A stretch of DNA of 64,000 bases from NCBI GenBank assembly GCA_028716485.1, contig JAQUPS010000003.1:715-64714 (forward strand), written 5' to 3'. Each line of letters starts with the position of its first letter. Within the stretch, counting starts at the first letter, position 1. This document shows, one piece after another, positions 1 through 6,409 of this stretch. This DNA is from Patescibacteria group bacterium (GTDB lineage: Bacteria; Patescibacteriota; Patescibacteriia; Patescibacteriales; WJLG01). The position numbers and the translations under genes were made by a program. The notes under the pieces were generated by a model, which ran no database searches, was not told the DNA's origin, and saw only the letters and a list, made by a program, of their open reading frames with translations.

Positions 1-471
1 GATTATCACATCTTTTATTTGCGTATTTTTAGCAATATACTTACAAGCATCATTTAATTCTTTCTGCGAAATTTTCTGATACGCTTTTTTTATTCTTTTT
101 CTAGTACAGAAGCGACAAGAACTGAAACATATATCGGTCACAAGAAGCAATACCCTGTCAGGATACATGTGAATTAATTTTTTCATTGGCTTCCTACTAT
201 CTTCTTTTAAGGGGTCATTTGTTCCTTTAAAATTTACGAGCTCGTTCTTATCAGGAACAAACTGTTTATATATAGCTTTTGACTTTAAGCATTGTTTAAA
301 AGTATAGGGTGAAATTTTTAAAGGAAACAATTTGGCAATCTTATTAATCTCTTGATAAAATTTTTCTGACTTTTTAATATTCACGTGCGCAAAAGCTTTC
401 CTTAACTGTTCAGTCGAGGATATTCCGCTTTCAAGCTGATGTTTCCAATTATTTTTGTTAATTTTACCCAT
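1..471 (-). CDS. Lysine 2,3-aminomutase (KamA/EpmB) family radical-SAM protein, N-terminal 157 codons; continues beyond window start
   Basis: Not in the supplied ORF track. My translation from ATG (471..469): MGKINKNNWKHQLESGISSTEQLRKAF...DPLKEDSRKPMKKLIHMYPDRVLLLVTDICFSSCRFCTRKR...QIKDVII. It is stop-free to nt 1 and carries the CxxxCxxC radical-SAM motif and the YPDRVLLLVT block typical of KamA-type enzymes. Confidence 0.7.
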   Translation of the reverse strand, partial: MGKINKNNWKHQLESGISSTEQLRKAFAHVNIKKSEKFYQEINKIAKLFPLKISPYTFKQCLKSKAIYKQFVPDKNELVNFKGTNDPLKEDSRKPMKKLIHMYPDRVLLLVTDICFSSCRFCTRKRIKKAYQKISQKELNDACKYIAKNTQIKDVII

Positions 472-551
472 TTGATTAATAATATTTCAATTAATACATC
501 ATGTTAACATACAATACTTTATCGATTAAGTCAATGGGTGCTTACCGTTTT

Positions 552-583
552 TAACAGGAATCGGATTCGAACCGACATTCCCC
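552..583 (-). other. tRNA 3'-half-like fragment (T-arm plus 3' acceptor strand) without a 5' half
   Basis: Reverse strand reads GGGGAAT-GTCGG-TTCGAAT-CCGAT-TCCTGTT-A. This is a canonical T-loop with a 5-bp stem and a 7-nt acceptor strand, but there is no complementary AACAGGA, D-arm or anticodon arm upstream. Confidence 0.4.
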
Positions 584-610
584 TTTGTTTTCAGTGTTTT
601 TGACTAAAAC

Positions 611-646
611 AAAAGAACTCAGCACAACTGAGTTCTTTTGTTTTTT
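611..646. terminator. Bidirectional rho-independent terminator-like hairpin
   Basis: Perfect 12-bp stem AAAAGAACTCAG/CTGAGTTCTTTT with a 5-nt loop, followed by GTTTTTT on + and GTTTTAG on -. It lies downstream of tRNA-Gln on the minus strand. Confidence 0.55.
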
Positions 647-684
647 GGCCAAGTTTACGGTCTTTAGCACAAAACCTGTGTTTG

Positions 685-755
685 CTCGGGGACTTGGATT
701 CGAACCAAGATAAACAGGTCCAGAACCTGTTGTCCTACCATTGGACGATCCCCGA
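685..755 (-). tRNA. tRNA-Gln (anticodon CUG)
   Basis: Hand-folded cloverleaf: acceptor TCGGGGA/TCCCCGA, D-stem GTCC/GGAC, anticodon stem ACAGG/CCTGT with loop TTCTGGA, 4-nt variable loop, T-arm CTTGG-TTCGAAT-CCAAG, discriminator G. U1-A72 is as in bacterial tRNA-Gln. CCA is not encoded. Confidence 0.85.
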
Positions 756-763
756 CTGCGACC

Positions 764-815
764 GCCGACTTGTCCTCCGCAGCTTTAGTGGAGGGGGAAG
801 CCTTGGCGAAGGCGG
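764..815. repeat. GC-rich 52-nt repeat, intergenic copy (family A)
   Basis: GCCGACTTGTCCTCCGCAGCTTTAGTGGAGGGGGAAGCCTTGGCGAAGGCGG matches 3432..3483 (inside a CDS) at 45 of 52 positions by my alignment. Confidence 0.7.
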
Positions 816-854
816 AATGGCGATTTTTGATTTATCCTGAATACCTGTCTGACA

Positions 855-877
855 ATAAAAGCACCGTTTAGGCGCTG
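855..877 (-). terminator. Weak terminator-like hairpin downstream of dnaX
   Basis: Minus strand reads AGCGCC-TAAAC-GGTGCT followed by TTTATTG. The stem is only 6 bp with one G-U pair. Confidence 0.35.
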
Positions 878-931
878 AAAAAATGATAAATTATTTTTAA
901 TCTTTTGTCAAAAAAATTTATCATTTATCAT

Positions 932-2566
932 TTAGCCGATGATTTTCCCGCCGAAAGTTTTTAGGAAATTATTCATCATATCGTTATTTTCGGCAGGCGC
1001 GGAATCATCGGCCGAAGTTGGCGGAATTATCCCCGGGTTGCTGGTTTCAGTTCCGCCATTGGTGCTGCCGTTTTCTTCAACTTCAATTTTTTCGTCAATC
1101 ACTGCTTCGATTATTATTTGCGCGCCGTAAACTTCAAGCAAAACATTTTGCACGATTTCTTTCATCTTAGCTTCATTGATCCGGTCTTTATGGAATTTGT
1201 ATTTGAAAGCCAGGCAAAGGCGGTTGCCGGATAATTCCCGCGGCAAGCATTGGTGCAGGATAAACGACAAGGAATGATTGTATTTTTTTATCTTGGCTAA
1301 AACCTCGCTCCAGCGGGACATGATTTGTTCCTGATCCGGCAAAGACGCCGAAGCAAATTGAGCCGGTTCGGCAGAACCTGATTTTTTTTCAGCCGCCAAA
1401 CCCGAACTGGCCGGCTGGCTTTTCGGCGCTCCGCCCGAAACTGAACCGACCGGCGCTTTGGCTGACGCTGATTTTTCCAAACATAGTTCGGCGATCGCCA
1501 ATTCCACCGGCAATTGGATGATAAAACTATTTTTCATCTCAAATTTAGCCGTGATAAATTTCTCTAAAATTAAAATAAGGTAGCCGGTTTCCAGATTTTT
1601 TTTTAGGTCATTAATCTTTATTTCAAAACTCTCACCCACGTCCAGCCCGAGGCGCTCGCCAAGATTAGGATTTATTTTCGACAACAAGATTTTTCTTAAA
1701 ATTTCAATGAAATCGCCGGCGAATTTTTCCACATCAACTCCGTCGTCGATCAATTTATTCACCAAGGCGATGGCGCCGGAAGCGTCTTTCTTGGCTAAAA
1801 ATTCCGTCAGCCTGACAATTTCGGCAATATCGCTGCGCGGTATAACCAAATCCGCTTCGGCGCGGGTGATCTCTTTGCCGGCAATCGCCACCAACTGCCC
1901 CAAGAGGCTTTCCGCGTCGCGCAGATGCCCTTCGGCCTGGCGGGCGATGGCTTCCAAAATTTCCCGCTCCACTTTAATCCCCTCTTCTTTGATGATATAA
2001 GATAATTTTTTGACCGTGTCCTCAATGCTGATGCGGCGGAAATCAAACCGTTCGCAGCGCGAAATAATCGTCGCCGGAACTTTGTGGATTTCCGTGGTGC
2101 AGAGAATAAAAATTATATGCGCCGGCGGCTCTTCGATTAATTTCAGCAAAGCATTAAAAGCCGAAATCGAAAGCATATGCACTTCATCGATGATGAAAAC
2201 TTTATATTTATATTTAGCCGGCGTGACGCGCGCCGAAGCGATGATGTTTTCGCGCACATTGTCCACGCCGGTATGCGATGCGGCATCGATTTCTACGATA
2301 TCCATACTGCGGCCGGCCATAGTTTCCAGACAAGAAGAACATTTATCGCACGGCTCAAACTCTCCGTCTTTGCGGTTCAGGCAATTCACGGCCTTGGCCA
2401 TCAGGCGGGCGAAGGTCGTTTTGCCGACGGCGCGCGGGCCGCAAAAAAGATAGGCATGGGCGATCTTGCCCGTGCCGATCTCGTTTTGCAGAGTGATTTT
2501 AATATGATTCTGCCCCACCGCTTCCTTGAAAGTCTGCGGCCGATATTTTCTATATAATGTCGCCAT
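932..2566 (-). CDS. dnaX: DNA polymerase III subunit gamma/tau
   Basis: 544 aa. N-terminus MATLYRKYRPQTFKEAVGQ, Walker A GPRAVGKTT, Zn module CLNRKDGEFEPCDKCSSC, DEVHML box and sensor IISRCERF. Confidence 0.95.
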   Translation of the reverse strand: MATLYRKYRPQTFKEAVGQNHIKITLQNEIGTGKIAHAYLFCGPRAVGKTTFARLMAKAVNCLNRKDGEFEPCDKCSSCLETMAGRSMDIVEIDAASHTGVDNVRENIIASARVTPAKYKYKVFIIDEVHMLSISAFNALLKLIEEPPAHIIFILCTTEIHKVPATIISRCERFDFRRISIEDTVKKLSYIIKEEGIKVEREILEAIARQAEGHLRDAESLLGQLVAIAGKEITRAEADLVIPRSDIAEIVRLTEFLAKKDASGAIALVNKLIDDGVDVEKFAGDFIEILRKILLSKINPNLGERLGLDVGESFEIKINDLKKNLETGYLILILEKFITAKFEMKNSFIIQLPVELAIAELCLEKSASAKAPVGSVSGGAPKSQPASSGLAAEKKSGSAEPAQFASASLPDQEQIMSRWSEVLAKIKKYNHSLSFILHQCLPRELSGNRLCLAFKYKFHKDRINEAKMKEIVQNVLLEVYGAQIIIEAVIDEKIEVEENGSTNGGTETSNPGIIPPTSADDSAPAENNDMMNNFLKTFGGKIIG

Positions 2567-2572
2567 ATTTTA

Positions 2573-2774
2573 TTTTGTCATCCTGAGCTGACGCCGCAGG
2601 CGGCGAGCGAAGGATCTATTTTGAAGAGCCTGGTCAATTTTAAGTATTTATTTTTTAAATTATCGTTAATTTATTCAAAACATTCGTTCTAATTCGTGAT
2701 GATTTGAAAAAAACCGCATCGGAAAATAGATCCTTCGTCATCCCGCGAGGCGGGATTCCTCAGGATGACAAAAA
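2573..2774. repeat. MITE-like double-hairpin element E1 (termini TTTTGTCATCCTGAG..CGAAGGATCT / AGATCCTTCG..CTCAGGATGACAAAAA)
   Basis: Terminal inverted repeats, each itself an imperfect GC-rich hairpin, flank an AT-rich core. The core segment CATTCGTTCTAATTCGTGATGATTTGAAAAAAACCGCATCGGAAAA is shared with E2 (reverse orientation) and partly with E3. Confidence 0.75.
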
Positions 2775-2809
2775 TTTTTTATTCTTTCTTCTTTCTTATT
2801 TCTTAATTC

Positions 2810-3763
2810 TTATTTGGATTTTATGACGTTCTCCACCGCTCCCCAGGCGCTGTCGCCCGCGACCGGAATCAATAAGACGACCTTGTCGCCGGGAATGCCT
2901 TTGTAATAAGTGATGCTCGCGGTAATGACGCGGAATTTTTTATGCTCGGCCTTCACTTGATAATTGCCATTAGAATCTTTTTCCAATTTGCCGATGACGC
3001 GTTTTCGCTCAATCGGCTTGGTTTGCTTATAGACAAAGGTGCCGCGGTCAGTGATGGTTAATTTCAGCATATCACCTTCCACCAGTTTTGATTTGGAAGC
3101 ATAATTGGCAGGCACGCTATATTCCTTGCCGTCCGGGCCGATCATATTTTCGCCGTTGAACACGCCCTCGACGATATGACCATAATCATCTTCTTCTTCG
3201 GCATCAAACCCGTCGCTGATTTCGGCAATACTGATGCGCTCTTCGTCATTCTCGCTTAAAAAACTCCCGAACAAAGAAGACAGCTTGGCGGAACACTTCT
3301 GGATATTTTCCAAAAGCTGCTCGGCCATTATTATCTTGGCTTTGGAAATCAAAACACTGTCTTCGCCGATATTTTCCTCCTCGTCATCATCATCTAAATC
3401 TTCCTCTTCGATTAATTCTTCATCCTCGTCCGCCGACTTGTCCTCCGTAGCTTCAGCAAAGGGGGAAGCCTTAGCGTAGGCGGGCTCGTCCGCCGCCGAT
3501 TCTTCTTCATCTTCGATAACTGCGGAAACGGCAGTCGGCGCGCAAACATCAGCCTCATCATCCGCGTCTAAATCAAAATCCTCAGCTTCATCCTCGGCTG
3601 GCTTAATGTCAGCATCTTCCCTTAAATCATCCTCATTTTCATCAGCGGCATGAAACCCCAAAGCGGAAAGATTATCCTCGCCCGCCGAAGCTTTAGCGAA
3701 GGCGGGCTCGCCCGCGCTTCCCTCTTCAGGTTCAAAACCGGCGTTAAAATTCAAATTTGGCAT
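2810..3763 (-). CDS. Hypothetical protein: extremely acidic low-complexity N-terminal region plus conserved-looking C-terminal beta-rich domain
   Basis: The ATG at 3763 (MPNLNF...) is preferred over the track's TTG at 3787. The D/E-rich region contains repeat-derived AGEPAFAKASAGE and ADEPAYAKASPFAEATEDKSADE. The C-terminus reads IVEGVFNGENMIGPDGKEYSVPANYASKSKLVEGDMLKLTI... Function unknown. Confidence 0.6.
   Translation of the reverse strand: MPNLNFNAGFEPEEGSAGEPAFAKASAGEDNLSALGFHAADENEDDLREDADIKPAEDEAEDFDLDADDEADVCAPTAVSAVIEDEEESAADEPAYAKASPFAEATEDKSADEDEELIEEEDLDDDDEEENIGEDSVLISKAKIIMAEQLLENIQKCSAKLSSLFGSFLSENDEERISIAEISDGFDAEEEDDYGHIVEGVFNGENMIGPDGKEYSVPANYASKSKLVEGDMLKLTITDRGTFVYKQTKPIERKRVIGKLEKDSNGNYQVKAEHKKFRVITASITYYKGIPGDKVVLLIPVAGDSAWGAVENVIKSK
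3432..3483. repeat. GC-rich 52-nt repeat, in-frame genic copy (family A)
   Basis: GCCGACTTGTCCTCCGTAGCTTCAGCAAAGGGGGAAGCCTTAGCGTAGGCGG is a near copy of 764..815. On the minus strand it is translated as PAYAKASPFAEATEDKSA. Confidence 0.7.
3677..3712. repeat. Shorter family-A module inside the same CDS
   Basis: CTCGCCCGCCGAAGCTTTAGCGAAGGCGGGCTCGCC shares the CCGAAGCTTTAGCGAAGG core with 14364..14394. It is translated as GEPAFAKASAGE. Confidence 0.5.
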
Positions 3764-3780
3764 ATTTTTGTTTTTATTTT

Positions 3781-3808
3781 CACCCAAAGGGTGATCACCC
3801 CTTGGGTG
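3781..3808. promoter_or_regulatory. 28-nt near-perfect palindrome upstream of the acidic-protein gene (possible operator)
   Basis: CACCCAAAGGGTGATCACCCCTTGGGTG is symmetric at 26 of 28 positions around TGATCA. It lies 18-45 nt upstream of the ATG at 3763. Confidence 0.35.
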
Positions 3809-3843
3809 AAATTTTTATATTTATTTCTACCTTTATACTATAT

Positions 3844-3869
3844 TAAAAAAGCCCTTTGTTCAAGGGCTT
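3844..3869 (-). terminator. Rho-independent terminator-like hairpin
   Basis: Minus strand reads AAGCCCT-TGAACAA-AGGGCTT followed by TTTTTT. Confidence 0.5.
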
Positions 3870-3886
3870 GCTTATAATTCCCGACC

Positions 3887-4074
3887 TTTTGTCATCCTGA
3901 GGAGCGAGCCGCCTCGGCAAGCGACGAAGGATCTGTTTTCCGATGCGGTTTTTCCAAATCATCAAGAATCAGAACGAACATTTTGAATTTAACGGCTCGA
4001 TAAAAATTTTCCTCGCAGAATTGGCTCGGCATACTAAATAGATCCTTCGCGCGGCGCTCAGGATGACAAAAAAA
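3887..4074. repeat. MITE-like double-hairpin element E2 (inverted relative to E1)
   Basis: It has the same termini as E1. Its reverse complement aligns with the right two-thirds of E1 (...TTCGTTCTGATTCTTGATGATTTGGAAAAACCGCATCGGAAAACAGATCCTTCG...). Confidence 0.75.
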
Positions 4075-4083
4075 TAAATGACT

Positions 4084-4121
4084 AAAAAAAGAGCCGGGAA
4101 CGATTTGTTCGTTCTCGGCTC
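4084..4121 (-). terminator. Rho-independent terminator of the beta-propeller gene
   Basis: 13-bp stem GAGCCGAGAACGA/TCGTTCCCGGCTC (one mismatch) followed by TTTTTTT on the minus strand, 23 nt after the stop at 4144. Confidence 0.7.
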
Positions 4122-4143
4122 ATCTTGTTTCGGCAATCGCTTT

Positions 4144-6219
4144 TTAGCGAAGCCGGTTAGTGTTAAGGTTCATGTTTTTCGCCATTGTTCCGTTCGACAG
4201 ACGGACGATACTTAGTCCGCAAGCCACCCGGTTGGCGTTGGCGATTCTCCGGCCCATTATGTCGTAGGAAATAACATTCTGGGCGGAAAATTTTTGCAAA
4301 GGCGTTTTCATTGCCGGTTTAAGCGCTGGCTTGACCGAAGTTAAATTACTCCGATGCCAGACAGTCAAACCGCCGGCCGTCCCAAACCAAACCGCATTTG
4401 TAGCCGAATCTACGTAAACACAATGCGCGTAATCATCGGCGATAGTGTGGCCGACTGAAGTCCGCAACGGTACAGCTTGCCAAAGATTGATTGGATCTTT
4501 ATAGTAAACTCCGCTATCAGTACAAACCCAAACGGTAGTATGCAGATCAACATAAATACTGTTAATCTTTCGGTCAGCGTAAGGCCAAGACGAAGTAGTG
4601 AATGATGAATTGACGTTAATATATTTAACGTCGGATTTACCATCTTGATACCCGGCATCAGCCACCCAAACCGCGCCATCAACCATAATATCGCCTGCCA
4701 CCTGCCTGGTCGCTGAATACTGGAGTTTCTTATACGTCCAATTCCCGTGAAAATCATATGAATACAGAGAGCTGTCCGTACCAATCCATAGCCGCTTGCC
4801 GGTTGAACTGACGGAAAGAATCTTCTCTTTCGCCAATTGCGACGGAAAGTCCATTTTGTTCGCCCAAGAACCACTCCCAGCATACGACGCAATCAAAACA
4901 GGAACTGCGCAAACTAGCCAAACATTCTTTCCGCTGTCGCCTACCAGCCAATATGGATGATTAAGCGGCCCATCGATAATACCAATACCAAACGCCGAAT
5001 CGCCTTTCTCAATATGATCGTTCTTGCCCAACCACAACGCCCCGTTCTTATCCACGAAAGAAGTGTTAACCGCGCCGTAGATATTTTCAGCACTACTATT
5101 GAGAGATGGGGCATCTGAACCAACATCATAACGATATCCGTCGCTGGCACCGCCGACTAATATCCGACCGGTGTTAGCAGTATTAATAAGTGTTATGTTG
5201 TTGTCGTGGGGATAATGAATTCCCGTAACCGACATCTGGCTAAAATTTGCTCCGTCATAAACCCACATTTTATTATTGGTTCCTACATAGAGCTTTTCGC
5301 CATCTGTCGCCAGACAATTTATCAACCCACCAAACGCTTCTAACTCGGAAGGTGTTAACGATTCGTTTTCGGAAGAAGGCATTGATTGCTTCCAGCCGGA
5401 AAAAGGATTTATACTACAATACCAAAGGTCACCATCTCTCTGCCCGACATAATATCGGCCTTTGAAATAAGCAACCGCGCCAGCATTGTTCTGCGGCATA
5501 GCAGGATCATAGGCAATAACCGTAAAAGAAGATGCGGTGCCAGAAAGGAAAACGTAAATTCCCGTTTCTCCTGAGGCCACCACCGTATCGCCCCAAACTG
5601 AAATATTCAGCGGCGAACCGGCAATCAATTGATCGCCAACTTTCCAGAATGTCTCATGACCGGCAGTGTCTAAATAGAAAATTCCCTGCGACCAAGTTCC
5701 CCAGATTGTGCCATCGTTACCGGCAGCAATCCGATAGACATCGTGCGTTAAGGGAATTTTTTCCCACATTCCGCCGCCATTCAAATACAAACCGTCGGTC
5801 AAGGCCGCGTAAACGCCTTTTTGCGTAATTGCTAAGTCGTAACCGATGCTTGAACGGTCCGGAGTTTTTTTGACCATCCTATCTTGCCAACTCTTATATT
5901 CAGTCGGCAACCAAGACAGCCAATTATAACCCATGGCAAAAATGTATCCGTCCGGCCTGACCGCAATTGAATAAACATCGTTAGCCGGTAAATTATTGCT
6001 AACGGTGGTTTGAATCTGCCACGGCAAACTTTCGCCGGGAAGATTCGTGCCATCTTTGCTAAAGACCTCTATCCCGCCGTTCGTAGCGGTATAGATCTTG
6101 TTGCCGACGATGGAGATGTCATTGACGACATTGTCGTAAATGGCGCTCCGCCATTCGGCGGCAAAAACGGAAACAACGGAAAACAAAACGACAGACAAAA
6201 TACCGATAAGCTTTTTCAT
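4144..6219 (-). CDS. Secreted beta-propeller protein with Reg_prop-like repeats and a T9SS-type-looking C-terminal tail
   Basis: Signal peptide MKKLIGILSVVLFSVVSVFA. Recurrent 'W.GT..G...' blades (VWFGTAGGLTVW, LWIGTDSSLYSY, VWVCTDSGVYYK, LYVGTNNKMWVY). Strong SD AAAGGAGG before the ATG. C-terminal tail: VISYDIMGRRIANANRVACGLSIVRLSNGTMAKNMNL. Confidence 0.7.
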   Translation of the reverse strand: MKKLIGILSVVLFSVVSVFAAEWRSAIYDNVVNDISIVGNKIYTATNGGIEVFSKDGTNLPGESLPWQIQTTVSNNLPANDVYSIAVRPDGYIFAMGYNWLSWLPTEYKSWQDRMVKKTPDRSSIGYDLAITQKGVYAALTDGLYLNGGGMWEKIPLTHDVYRIAAGNDGTIWGTWSQGIFYLDTAGHETFWKVGDQLIAGSPLNISVWGDTVVASGETGIYVFLSGTASSFTVIAYDPAMPQNNAGAVAYFKGRYYVGQRDGDLWYCSINPFSGWKQSMPSSENESLTPSELEAFGGLINCLATDGEKLYVGTNNKMWVYDGANFSQMSVTGIHYPHDNNITLINTANTGRILVGGASDGYRYDVGSDAPSLNSSAENIYGAVNTSFVDKNGALWLGKNDHIEKGDSAFGIGIIDGPLNHPYWLVGDSGKNVWLVCAVPVLIASYAGSGSWANKMDFPSQLAKEKILSVSSTGKRLWIGTDSSLYSYDFHGNWTYKKLQYSATRQVAGDIMVDGAVWVADAGYQDGKSDVKYINVNSSFTTSSWPYADRKINSIYVDLHTTVWVCTDSGVYYKDPINLWQAVPLRTSVGHTIADDYAHCVYVDSATNAVWFGTAGGLTVWHRSNLTSVKPALKPAMKTPLQKFSAQNVISYDIMGRRIANANRVACGLSIVRLSNGTMAKNMNLNTNRLR

Positions 6220-6290
6220 GGCTTATCCTCCTTTTAGTTAGGGTTTAATTGAATTGTCAAACAACTTTCTGGATTCATAATTGTGCTAAA

Positions 6291-6319
6291 ATATTAGCAT
6301 AGCTTATTATTTTTGTCAA
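6291..6319 (-). promoter_or_regulatory. Sigma70-type promoter for the beta-propeller gene
   Basis: Minus strand: TTGACA (6319..6314), 17-nt spacer, TAATAT (6296..6291), about 70 nt upstream of the ATG at 6219. Confidence 0.55.
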
Positions 6320-6409
6320 TCTTTGCCAATAAAAAATCGCCAAAATTGGCTAATTTTTAATAAACTTAATTAGTAAATCCAATTACTTTTTTTAAATTGA
6401 TATTAGACC

